Assembly (NCBI GenBank): GCA_951406725.2
Contig: OX597818.1
Coordinates: 39,866,001 to 39,930,000, forward strand
DNA: 64,000 bases
Source: Octopus vulgaris
Taxonomy: Eukaryota
Direction of reading: 5' to 3'
Made by a program: the position numbers and the translations under genes
Notes under the pieces: generated by a model
Database searches by the model: none
What the model saw: only the letters and a program-made list of their open reading frames with translations
Told to the model about the DNA's origin: nothing
In this document: in pieces, positions 12,522 through 24,020 of the stretch
Numbering within the stretch: position 1 is the first letter of the stretch
Layout of the letters: every line of letters starts with the position of its first letter

Positions 12522-13378
12522 CAGGGTGTCCCAAAAGTCACTGATGAGTTTCAATTTTTAATAGCTTCCTTAACTTTACAGATAAATGCATGAAATTTTA
12601 ATACAATATAAAGGACATAACAGAAATTTTACAACACCACTACATCACATATAAAAATGACATCGCTCAAATGGCAGCCATTTTCAGCTTTGCATGCCTG
12701 TGCTCTTTCCAAAGTTTGCACCATAAAACCCTCAATAATTTCAGACCCCATTTCTCTGATTTCTCTATTGATGTTCTCCTTCAGTTGCATCAGAGTCTCT
12801 GGTTTGTTGACATAAATCCTCTGTTTCAGGTATCCTCAAGAGAAAAAATCCAGGCTAGTCAAGTCTGGGGAATGTGAAGGCCAGCTGACATTGCCATAGT
12901 GAGAGATTATTCTCTCTCTAAAGCACTGCCATAGCAACTACATTGTTTCTCATTGCGGTATGAGCAGTGGTCCCATCTTGCTGGAACCATGTGTGAGGTC
13001 TACTTTGAATGGCCTTCACGTTCCCTAGACTTGATTAGTCCAGATTTTATCTTGTAGGGATACCTGAAAGGGAGGGTTTATGTCAAAAAACCAGAGACTG
13101 TGGTGCAACTGAAGGAGAACATCAATAAAAAAAAATCAGAGAAGTGGGGTCTGAAATTCTGAAGGAGCAAGTTTTGAAAAGAGCATGGGCATGCAAAGCT
13201 GAAAATGGCTACCATTTAAGCAATGTAATTTTTCATATGTGATGTATTGTAAAATTTGACTTGTGTATATACATTTCCATGATGTCCTTTATATTGTATC
13301 AAAATTTCATGCATTTATTTGTAAAGTTAAGGAAGTTATTAAAAATTAAAACCCATCAGTAACTTTTGGGACACCCTG
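12522..13378. mobile_element. Tc1/mariner-superfamily non-autonomous element with long TIRs
   Basis: cagggtgtcccaaaagt ... acttttgggacaccctg with long inverted arms; internal WPxRSPDL..DF.L.GYLK-type transposase remnants in both orientations. Confidence 0.85.
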
Positions 13379-13406
13379 CATATATAAATATATATATATA
13401 TATATA

Positions 13407-14200
13407 CTAGCAGTATCGCCCGGCGTTGCTCGGGTTTGTAAGGGAAATAACTATAAAGCATTTTTAGAGAGTTATGGCCAAAAAATAGCAAAAAAATGCA
13501 TTAAAAATGGAAAAAAATTATAGTAAATTTTTTAAAATCGTTGACTCATCGTAGACATTTTTAGAGAGTTACTTCCCTTATATAATAGCAAAAAAAATGC
13601 ATTAAAATGGAAAAAAATGATGGTAAATTATTTTTAAAATCGTAGACTCATCGTAGACGCGCGCTAATACCCAGAAGGGCTCGATATGAATCACGACTAT
13701 AAGATACCCAAATTTGGTTAAACTGCACCGTAAAACGTGGGAGTAGTTAGGAATCTAAATCGAAGGGGACAGACACACAACTTCACTTTTATATATTGTT
13801 TTGGTGTCTTCAAGCCATGAAGTCGTTGTTCTAAAAGAACGCTGGTCTCCTTGACAACGCATTACAACGTTGATTTCCTTACACTCCCTTCCCCACAGCT
13901 TCACGAGGGAGGGAAGAGGGGGGAGAAGCAACACAGGTGCAGATGTGACCGTGGACTCCAACTCCGCCGCCATCGACACACGAAAAAATATGCATTAAAA
14001 TGGAATAGAAAATGATGTTAAATTATTTTTAAAATCGTAGACTCATCGTAGACACGCGCTAGTACTCAGACGGGCTCGATATGAATCATGACTATAAGAT
14101 ACCCGAATTTGGTTAAACTGCACCGCAAAATGTGGGAGTAGTTAGGAATCTAAATCGAAGGGGACAGACACTCACACAACTACAGTTTTATATATATAGA
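13407..14200 (-). mobile_element. Non-autonomous Helitron
   Basis: Minus strand starts TC(TA)n and ends with hairpin cccgagcaacgccggg then CTAG; A|T insertion site; internal subrepeats. Confidence 0.8.
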
Positions 14201-14211
14201 TATGTATATAG

Positions 14212-14261
14212 CAAAAACTGTCCGACGAACGGGAACGTGAAACTCAGAGTAACAGGTTTTG
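14212..14261 (+). ncRNA. Minimal type I hammerhead ribozyme motif (U4C variant)
   Basis: ctgt CCGACGA acg-ggaa-cgt GAAA ctc-a-gag TA acag. Confidence 0.6.
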
Positions 14262-14289
14262 TTGAATTTTCTGCTACTTTTAAATAAAG

Positions 14290-14317
<28 letters not shown>

Positions 14318-14320
<3 letters not shown>

Positions 14321-14700
14321 AAAGGATGTGTTATAATACTATTCCACAGCTACACACCAACAATCCATACTATTCCACATAAAACAAAAACAGCCACACC
14401 AACAATCCAACATACCTCCATCATCAGCTGCCCCACGAATATCATTATGGTTTCGACACCTTAGCAGTACCAGTCAATCCGGCGACAGCACTAAAATAAG
14501 TGTTGTTTGGGAACAAATAAACCAAAGAAACCACAACTTTCAAATACATTTACCCAATGTACAACCGAATCGATAAATAAATACCAAAAGTAACTTACAT
14601 CCACTCCTAAATACATAACTAAACAGCAACAACTCTATTAAGTCATACAAAATTATATAATCCCTACCGTCTTTCGTAGTGTAATATAAAAGTAAAAGCT
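14318..14700 (-). repeat. Unclassified interspersed repeat; second copy at about 32530-32950 on plus
   Basis: Shared gtgtcgaaaccataat...gtggggcagctgatga...gttggattgttgg...acatccttttgata. Confidence 0.7.
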
Positions 14701-15067
14701 TAATAACCACATTATTTTAATCAATCAATATATAGGCAGGATTAAACACTAACTTTATTAAAACTACAATAAGAGACATATAAACCAATGTACATTGTAT
14801 CGGTATTAATAGTAAACTGCAATAACTAAATTATATGCTAAATTGCTATCAATCTTTAAGTCCATTTAAATAATAATCCCACCGGTCTTCCATAGATACT
14901 ACTATAATGAAAGTTCAAGCCTTATAAATTTTTTTCCAAAAAAACACGATTGAAATTAATTTAACTCATTTTTATGAGTGAAATACATAATTTCATCATT
15001 CAAAAGTTAATAATAAAACACTACATACTCATTAATATACCACCATTATAAGTTATAATATATATAA

Positions 15068-15580
15068 CTAGCAGTATCGCCCGGCGTTGCTCGGGTTTGT
15101 AAGGGAAATAACTATATAAGCATTTTTAGAGAGTTACTTCCTTTATAGATGCCAATTCGGGCTTTCTTAGCCATTTCTGTTTTGGTGTCTTCAAGCCATG
15201 AAGTCGTTGTTCTAAAAGAACGCTGGTCTCCTTGACAACGCATTACGATGTTGATTTCCTTAAACTCCCTTCCCCACGGCTTCACGAGGGAGGGAAGAGG
15301 GGGGAGAAGCAAACACAGGTGCAGGTGTTTGAGTGTGGACGCCAACTCCGCCGCCATCGACACACGAAAAATTATGCATTAAAATGGAATAAAAAATGAT
15401 GTTAAATTATTTTTAAAATCGTAGACTCATCGTAGATGCACGCTAATAGCCAGACGGGCTTGATATTAATCACGACTATAAGATACCCGAATTTGGTTAA
15501 ACTGCACCGCAAAATGTGGGAGGAGTTAGGAATCTAAATCGTAGGAGACAGACACTCACACAACTACAGTTTTATATATA
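15068..15580 (-). mobile_element. Non-autonomous Helitron, same family as 13407-14200
   Basis: Identical ctagcagtatcgcccggcgttgctcggg terminus and shared body. Confidence 0.8.
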
Positions 15581-15586
15581 TATATA

Positions 15587-16378
15587 TGTAACAGTAAAAA
15601 TTTGAAAATTGTGATATTTATTTTTGATAAAGGTATGTTAATTAATTTGCAAAAAATAATATGGAATGTCAGAGTCATAATCAGTTTGTAAGGATTGGTT
15701 CTTCGTTGATAGCCATCATGTAAAGATGAAAAAACAGTGATTGAAGTTGTGAAGAAAATATTTATTTTTTTACCGTTACATTATACAATACCTTACCTCG
15801 ACGGGCAGGTGATGAAATCATAGAGCATGCGAAGTAAAAATGTTAATTTCGGCCTGTATGTTCTTATTATAGTTGTAAACCACAGAAATATAGTAATGTA
15901 CAGTGAAGAGAAAGTGAGTTAGTGAAAGTGAGAGAGTGTGAGACAAAACAACTGCTCTGTTGGTAAGTTACCATAGTTGTTCTCTTTGTGTCCTTTTCTT
16001 TAGAGATGACGTTTGTTCAGCCGGTCAGCCAGACTCCGTTCTCATTAACTGAGTTGTCACCAAGTGACTAACTGATTTTTGCTTGGGGGTTCTTGTTTTT
16101 ATAACTATCCAGAAGGATAGACATATCGTTGAGAACAGTGGATTTCGTTGGTGGTACTTATTATCTTAATTCTAGCTTTTGGTTGTCTAGGAGAGGTGAG
16201 GTTAGAAAGGGTCAAGTGGTGAAGACATTATTTCAGCCTAGCTAAGACAATCTGGCAAATGTAAAACTGCTTTCACAGAAAAAGTATTGTTCTAGCGTGA
16301 GAAAAGTTCTGTTGAACTGTTACTTGAAATTTGACTATGGTGGATTGAATCCACTTCATGCCTGCAAGATCCACAACA
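15587..16378. mobile_element. Possible solo LTR
   Basis: Unique ~790-bp block starting TGTAAC and ending ACAACA, embedded in (TA)n. Confidence 0.35.
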
Positions 16379-16568
16379 TATAAATATAAATACATATATA
16401 TATATACATATAAGAAATTAAAATGACAAAGGAAAAGAAATCATGTCATGAACTTCATTAGTGTACATTGTTTCTGCAATGTACTCATAGTTGAATGTGT
16501 GTGAATCACCCTATACGTTCATCAGAGCTTCAAAACTGAAGTGCAATTTTATGTGGGAAAACATTTAC

Positions 16569-16643
<75 letters not shown>

Positions 16644-16647
16644 TATA

Positions 16648-16678
<31 letters not shown>

Positions 16679-16853
16679 ATATATAACATAAGGGACATTA
16701 GCCAACTGAATATGGCTAGGGACAGGGCAGGGTGGTGAGGGTGTCACTGTTGCATTTAGCCCCAGGCGAACATCAACGTCACCAGATAGGCCGACGCCGT
16801 CACAGCGTCCTCTATCTTGCAAAGGGAGATCATTCCCCAAGAAGCGGATGCCA

Positions 16854-16899
16854 CATACGGACCTAGGTTTCAAGGTGTATTGCCTATTATCAACGTATG
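16854..16899 (-). ncRNA. Type I hammerhead ribozyme, U3:A8 variant (one of two identical copies)
   Basis: CAUACG UUGAUAA U-AGG-CAAUACA-CCU-U GAAA CC-UA-GG UC CGUAUG. Confidence 0.75.
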
Positions 16900-17208
16900 G
16901 TAGGCACCGCTTCTCGACGAACAACTCACCGTGCAAGATATATATAAAGATTTTCAAGTAAATACATTTACTGATTTCGAAAATCTGTTCGACAGCAATA
17001 ATAATTCTCTAAATGAGATATAGACAGTGACTGCTCCATAACATAAGGGACATTAGCCAACTGAATATGGCTAGGGACAGGGCAGGGTGGTGGGGGTGTC
17101 ACTGTTGCATTTAGCCCCAGGCGAACATCAACGTCACCAGATAGGCCGACGCCGTCACGGCGTCCTCTATCTTGCAAAGGGAGATCATTCCCCAAGAAGC
17201 GGATGCCA

Positions 17209-17254
17209 CATACGGACCTAGGTTTCAAGGTGTATTGCCTATTATCAACGTATG
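17209..17254 (-). ncRNA. Type I hammerhead ribozyme, U3:A8 variant (second copy)
   Basis: Identical to 16854-16899, offset by 355 bp. Confidence 0.75.
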
Positions 17255-17465
17255 GTAGGCACCGCTTCTCGACGAACAACTCACCATGCAAGATATATAT
17301 AAAGATTTTCAAGTAAATACATTTACTGATTTCGAAAATCTGTTCGACAGCAATAATAATTCTCTAAATGAGATATAGACAGTGACTGCTCCATATTCAG
17401 TTGGCTAATGTCCCTTATGTTATGGAGCAGTCACTGTCTATATCTCATTTAGAGAATTATTATTG

Positions 17466-17519
<54 letters not shown>

Positions 17520-17520
<1 letters not shown>

Positions 17521-18040
17521 TGGACAACTTCCTGGTGGGGGCCAGAGTATGAAGATGTCACCAACATGTCACAGCTATAGCATTGACTTTAGTGGTCTTC
17601 AACCTAGAGCCATACTCTCAAAGTATTCCATGTGCATGTTGACCATTACTGGTGATAATGGTAAACCCATAGCCAGGCCCATTCTTGCCCATACTGATAC
17701 ATGTCAGTACCTTTTCTGAAGTAGGTCGTTTCTATGCAGTAGGTCAACATTTCCGTCGAGTTCCCTATAGGTATACTAGTATGTTTCTTTAGAGAGGTGT
17801 CCACAACTAGTTTGTCATGAATTACTGATAATGCTTCATCAGTTGAGACTTTGGTGAACAGACTTAATACATCTAGATTCACCATGGGGTATCTTTGATC
17901 AGTCCTGTGAAATGTGTGGAATTCTCCACATGTGATACTGACTTACTTGATGAGAATATCTCAACCAGCTTATGAACTTTACATCCGATCATTGTACATA
18001 CTATTTCCTGTCTGTCTCAAACAATATCTAACCTGTTATA
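17520..18040 (-). pseudogene. Penelope-like reverse transcriptase remnant
   Basis: VNLDVLSLFTKVSTDEAL...TTYF...AMGLPLSPVMVNMHMEYFE...HVGDIFILWPH (decayed YVDD), with frameshifts and stops. Confidence 0.85.
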
Positions 18041-19559
18041 TTTGCACTTGTTTGTTTGTTTATCTGTTTGCATGTATGTATGTATGTATGTATTTATGTA
18101 TTTATGTATGTATGTATGTATGTATGTATGTATTTATGTATTTATGTATGTATGTATGTATGTAGCACCAGTAACAGTTAAGCTTCGTGCAATGGCCATA
18201 CTCGATAACGAGGGAGCAGCCATAATCTATCTATGTATGTATCTATGAATGTATGTATGTATTTATCTATGTATGCATGTGTACACAGAAGTGTGCATAT
18301 ACATGTGAAATCAGATGATAAGGTTGTTAGCCTGATATACTTTGGATTTTAATATCTAATCAAATTAGATATTTTTAGAAAGTTGCCACCAAAATATTGA
18401 TAATTTTATCTTTAGCTAAAGCCATTTCAAATTTCCATCCTTTCACCAATAAATAAGGAAATGAGCAAGAAAGTCTATCAACTGAAGTCAGAAAACATAT
18501 AAAACAAGAGCATTCAGAGAGTGCAAACCTCTGCCAAGGCAACACCAATGTCCTCTCAACAATTAGCTAGAGATGATTTTTAACATGAGAATATCTGAAA
18601 TAAACTCGACTGCTCTCACAAATGAGAATACTAAAAATGAACCCAACTGCTCTCAAAAATTAAGTAAAAAAAAACAGGAAAAATAATCCAGAATCCTTGT
18701 CTGGTATAGGATTGATCCCAAAATCTAATCAGTTTATGCCAGCCATGAAGCCAAACATTCCTAAAAGTTTCATCTGAATCCACCCAGGTAGAGGTAATAA
18801 TTGCCAAAATTATGTCACTTGCTCTTCCATTTTCCATAACATTTTTAACTATCAAGAAGTATTTTTTAATTTGTTGCAATGTAATTAGTTGAATCCTTTT
18901 CATTTCTTTTTTCTTTTCCCTTTTTGATGACTTTCTGTGCCCATCCCACCAACCAACCTACCGACCAACACTTTTCAAAATTGGATTAGTTGAACTAGTT
19001 TCAAACATAGGTATTAGTCGAGAAATTCTTCTTCAAAAGTGGTACAAGAACCTCATCCATATTGTTAAGGGGCACGCACGCACACAATCACACACACATC
19101 ATAGATTTAAAATTGGCATGGGAAAAAAATCATGTTATATATATGTGAGCATATGTGCATTTTTTTGTCTCTCACCACTTGTCAACTGGTGTTGGTTTGT
19201 TTATGTCCCTGTGACTCAGTAGATCAGTAAAAAGAAACAAATAGAATAATTACTAACCTTTTTTTAAAAAAAATTTAAGTACTGCAGTCAAGTCGATCAA
19301 CTAAACTCTTCAATGAGGTACTTCAGCATGGCCACAGTCGAGTGACTGAAGGAGGTAAAAGAACAAAATATATATTTTGAAATTTAAAAATAAAAATGTG
19401 AAACAAAACTTCCGAATAGCTTTTTATATTATTACATATAATTATGTACTCATACCACCAAAAACTGAATATTTCAATTTTATTTTCCAGTAGTATTTCT
19501 TTATAATAAAATCTTTCCTTTTCCGTAAGCTGGTTCTGCTAAATCTACTCTCTTCCCAT

Positions 19560-19591
19560 ATTGACAACAACGACGACGACAGTGGCAGCAG

Positions 19592-19630
<39 letters not shown>

Positions 19631-19690
19631 GGTTGGTGGTGGTGGTGGTGGTGATGATGATGATGATGACGGCAGCGGTGATGACAACAG
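19560..19690. repeat. (GAT)/(GGT)n microsatellite
   Basis: Seen directly. Confidence 0.9.
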
Positions 19691-19809
19691 TGAAGAATTT
19701 ATTCATTAAACACAAGTATTTCATCATTCAAACAATACGTGCATGTTCATTTTTGGATGAAAGTTTTATTGAGACCTTGTTTTACAACAGGATATCCTTC
19801 CTCTACATA

Positions 19810-21230
19810 TGCCATAGTAGGCATCCGTTGGTCTTGAGAAGCCAGAGATCTGTGCTTGGAGAATTTGTGTCAGCTGCTGATGGTGATACATCAGCTGTGG
19901 CTGTACAAACCCACACAAGAGTGGCAGACACACATACAGTGACTGCATTAGAAGAAGCTCTCTATAAGTGCTACTTTCTTTTCCTTTCTTCAAGTGCACT
20001 TTTCCTTGGTGGAAAGTTCTGGTTTCTCTTCTCCTCACTTCATCCTCTTTTGCAATTTTTTAGTCTCCAGGAAGGCAGTGACCTGGCAGAAATGTTAGCA
20101 CACCGGGCGAAATGCTTAGCAGTATTTCGTCTGCCATTACGTTCTGAGTTCAAATTCCACTGAGGTCAGCTTTGCCTTTCATCCTTTCGGTGTCGATAAA
20201 TTAAGTACCAGTTATGTACTGGGGATCAATGTAATTGGCTTAATCCCTTTGTCGGTCCTTGTTTGTCCCCTGTATGTTTAGCCCCTTGTGGATAATAAAG
20301 AAATAAGAAACATTAGCACACTGGGTGAAATACTTAGCGGTATTTCATCTGTCTTTATGTTCTGAGTTCAAATTCCGCCAAGGTTGACTTTGCCTTTTAT
20401 CCTTTCAAGGTCGATAAATTCAGTACCAGTTGTATACTGGATCGATCTAATTGACTGGCCCCTTCCCCAGAAATTTCAGGCTTTGTGCCTAGAGTAGAAA
20501 AGAATATTTGTCTCCAGGACATCCAGATTTGTTGACTTCATATCTCTCTTGCAGACATCCTTGAAATGAAGATGAGGTTGTCATCGTGCTCTTGTGCTGG
20601 TGGCCAATTCCCCATACAGGTGGTCTTTTGGGATCCCCCCAACCGGCATGCAATCTACATGATTGAACCAGCACAGATGGCGCTGCTGGAGCAAGGTGAA
20701 TATACTGGGTATCTTAACGTGGTTGAGGACTTCAGTGTTGGTGACTGTCGGTCCACTTGATATCCAAGATGTGTCTCAGCTTATGAAGGTGGAAGACATT
20801 AAGATGCTGTTCCTGTCTGGAGAAGAGATTCCGTGTTTCACTGTCATAAAGTAGTTTACATTGGACACACACTTTATAAACAGTAACCTTGGTGTTTGTG
20901 ACCAGTTTTCTGTTTACCCAGACTCTCTTTGTGAGCCAAACAAATGTGGAAGATGCTCATCCAATTTGCCAACAGATCTTAGGGTTTAGAGAGAGGTCAT
21001 CAGAGATGGTAAAGCTGAGATAGGGGAATTCATGGACTGCTTCAAGCTTGTACTTGTTGATGATGATGGCGGTGGTGGTGGTGGGGGGTGAGGGCTTCTT
21101 CAGACTGACAGGCTGAATTCCTGACAGGCCTTTGAGATTTTGTCCATGAGGTACTGTATTTGCTCCTCAGAGTGCACTGTCACTGTTGTGACATCCATGA
21201 ACAGCATTTCTCTGATGAGTACCTGATGAA
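19810..21230 (-). mobile_element. Decayed RTE (BovB-like) LINE interrupted by SINEs
   Basis: IPSIFTLLQQRHLCW..HV...IPKDHLYGELAT...FKDVCKRDMK and terminal CHSCVGLYSHS motif. Confidence 0.8.
20073..20509 (+). mobile_element. Dimeric SINE family B (gcctttcatcctttcggggtcgataaa core) with 10-bp TSD
   Basis: Two collinear units; gtctccagga at 20063-20072 and 20510-20519. Confidence 0.85.
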
Positions 21231-21339
21231 TGTGTGTGTGGGGGGGTGCATGCGTGCATGTGTTGGTTGATTGGGTGGTTGGTGAATTCTCCAGCCTTGC
21301 TTCACATTTTATACGAGGGTGACAGATCATGCAGTTAAT

Positions 21340-21790
21340 GTCAGATATATGTCCGTTGGCAGAAATTTTATCTTGCTTGGTGATTGTTAACTACTGGGTT
21401 GTCAAATAAATTTATTTGGGTTTTTTTTCCATTTATTTTAATCCTTATTCTGAAGTTTGTTTCTTTCATTCAGAGGTGTGTAGCAGCCATGCACTGAGTT
21501 TTTGGAACTTACCCATTGAGTGAAGGTGACAAACAAGATTATCATGAGAGCATCTTCTCTGCTGAATCAATTCTCTAGCAGACTGGCATGGATCTTCATA
21601 GACAAGCTCATTCAATTGATTCTCCTTGAACTGAGCTGGCTGACCAGAACACAGAGTATGTGAAGTTGAATTTCCCCTCCTTGAAGCATGGAATCCATTT
21701 CTGTCCAGTTCTTTCAGTAAAGCACCCTCTTCTGCAGCTTTGAAAGTTTAATTGAAACCAAAGAGAAACAGGTGTCAAAAATGCTCATTC
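21340..21790 (-). pseudogene. Mariner transposase N-terminal remnant
   Basis: QLNELVYEDPCQSAREL...HLHSMGKFQKLSAW (decayed WVPHEL region). Confidence 0.75.
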
Positions 21791-22274
21791 TTTTCCACTC
21801 TTGATATATCTGGAGGGAGGTAAAATTTATTCAAATTTCAAAAATGACAAACAAAAGTTGTAAAAGAATAATAGAACTACAAAAAATAAATGAATAAATA
21901 AATAAAATCCAAAAAGCACTATGATAAAACATTATTTTAAAAATAGTTTTATGTTAATTCAAATAACAATAGAAACAAATAAATTAATTAATTTAATTGT
22001 TTGGGAAGAGTCCAAAATAATAATATTCAAAGTTCCTTGTTACATTTAAAATTTGAATAATTTCCTCTTATTGACAGCCAATTTTTTATTTACTAAAAGA
22101 ATTGGAGAGCAAAGATGTAAAAAATTAAAATGTTTTGGACAAAAAAATTCTTTCACAGAAAGAAGCAATCATCCAATTCCTTGACTTACCTTCTTCCTGA
22201 GGTAGTCACAACTATTTTGAAATTATGCCAATCAACTATAACAGTGCTCTGCAATCGGTATATCATAGCATAGA

Positions 22275-22506
22275 TGGCGGCGAGCTGGCAGAAACGTTAG
22301 CACGCCGGACGAAATACGTAGCCGTATTTCGTCTGCCGTTACGTTCTGAGTTCAAATTCCGCCGAGGTCGACTTTGCCTTTCATCCTTTCGGGGTCGATA
22401 AATAAAGTACCAGTTACGCACTGGGGTCGATGTAATCGACTTAATCCGTTTGTCTGTCCTTGTTTATCCTCTCTGTGTTTAGCCCCTTGTGGGTAGTAAA
22501 GAAATA
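22275..22506 (+). mobile_element. SINE family B with ~17-bp TSD
   Basis: ggcggcgagctggcagaaacgttagc head; ggtatatcatagcatag / ggtataccatagcacag flanks. Confidence 0.9.
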
Positions 22507-22559
22507 GGTATACCATAGCACAGTGGTGTGCCAGGAGACGATGCTAGGTGTGCTGTACA

Positions 22560-22720
22560 TTGACCCCAGAGCTCAACAGGTACTTATTTCATCGACCCCG
22601 AAATGATGAAAGGTAAAGTTGACCTTGGTAACATTTGAACTCAGAATGTAACGACGGACGAAATGCCACTAAGAATTTTGTCCGGCATGCTAAGAATTCC
22701 GTCAGCTAGCCGCCGCCATG
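22560..22720 (-). mobile_element. SINE family B, inverted relative to its neighbour
   Basis: Reverse complement of about 22275-22430. Confidence 0.85.
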
Positions 22721-23189
22721 TCTGCCATAATATAGATTTCAAATTTTGTTGGTACAAGGCCACTAGTATTTCACTGGTATTTATTTTATTGACCCCCGAA
22801 AAAATAAAAGGCAAAGCCGGCCTCAGCAGAACTTGAACTCAGAACCTAAAAACGGATGAAATAACTTTTTCCCTATACTTTTAGTTATATTTTTAGTTCG
22901 AAAAGAATATAAATATAGGATCTTTTCACTTTGACCGGCAGATTTTTAAAATAATTTCTTTGTAACTAAACACTTTTAAACTTCGTATACTGGTAGTGTG
23001 TTACATAAAACATCTTTTTCTCTTGGCTTTCTTGAGAAAATTCCGTAGTTTGTAAGCTGTTTGTTGTTTAATTTCTTGCATTTCGGCAATTTCAACCAAT
23101 CAATGACGTCTATTGAGGTGAATACAATATCTGCCGTGAAAAAAGGTTACAGAGCTCTGAACTATAACATCCATCTCATTAATATTATT

Positions 23190-24020
23190 GTACAAAGCCT
23201 GATCAAAAAGTATTGAGACTGTTACTATGGTAACAGAACTGAAATACACTGAGTGAAGCGACTTGGCACAGATTGACATTGAACTCAGTTGCACAGGCAC
23301 ACACAAAGTTATAACATTCTTGCTCACTTGTGTTGCATATAGCAGTGCTTGATTGTGCTGAAGAAGATGGAAACATTTTGAAAATGGTTATAACTGGTGA
23401 TCAATCATGGGTCTATGGTTGTGATTCAAAAACTAAGTCTTGCAGTGAAAGATTTCATGATGTCAGGGAAATCCAAGAAAAGCAGCTCTAGGAATGTTTC
23501 CATCAATGGAAACAATGCTGAATAAAGTGTGTGGCTTCTGAAGGGGGCTATTTTAATGGAAACTAGCAGTATGACCTGGCAACGCCGGGTCATAGTGCTA
23601 GTGCATGCATATACAGCTGTGTGCATGTGCACATACACGCGAGTACTGTCCAAATCTCCGATTAATCATACACAGCTAGCTTGCTGGCATTCAATTGGCG
23701 TATCAAGTTTTGAGCATTTTGATAGGGTTTGGGATAGAAAATTCACAAAAAAGTCACTTCTATTGATTTTTTAATGGCTTTGCGGAGTGACTGGGGAAAT
23801 GTAAAGATGTGCATGACCACCTTTGGACGGTTTTGAATGACCATAGAAAGTGCGAGCCCTCTAACTGAAAAACTGTGGATTTGTATAAAGGACACGCACA
23901 CAGACATTTTGCCGTTTATATATGTACAGATTAAATGCTGAATTGATACATGTTGTACTTCGCATTTTATAGCATCCCAACCCATCCCATCCCATCCCGA
24001 TACTTTTTGATCAGACCTCA
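23190..24020 (+). mobile_element. Mariner deletion derivative containing a nested Helitron
   Basis: TIR ctgatcaaaaagtat / atactttttgatcag; ITGDQSWVY (first catalytic D) and C-terminal GGYF remnants. Confidence 0.7.
23563..23930 (-). mobile_element. Non-autonomous Helitron, second family
   Basis: Terminal CTAG with hairpin atgacctggcaacgccgggtcat; TC start; inserted at A|T. Confidence 0.65.

Larger units (their letters stand above)
16683..17465 (-). mobile_element. Retrozyme-like element: two tandem 355-bp monomers plus a 73-bp inverted end
   Basis: 16683-17037 and 17038-17392 differ at 3 sites that I could see; 17393-17465 is the reverse complement of the monomer junction; flanked by (TA)n. 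Confidence 0.85.

Noticed and set aside
16460-16532. CTGATGA...GAAAC-AAT-GTA on the minus strand
   Set aside because: Stems I and II cannot be formed convincingly; at best a decayed HHR.
16565-17312. Two near-identical 114-130 aa ORFs in the tandem monomers
   Set aside because: Non-ATG starts, no recognisable domain, and duplication explains the pairing; RNA structure explains the sequence better.
19561-20163. 200-aa plus-strand ORF
   Set aside because: Microsatellite plus the antisense strand of an RTE end and a SINE.
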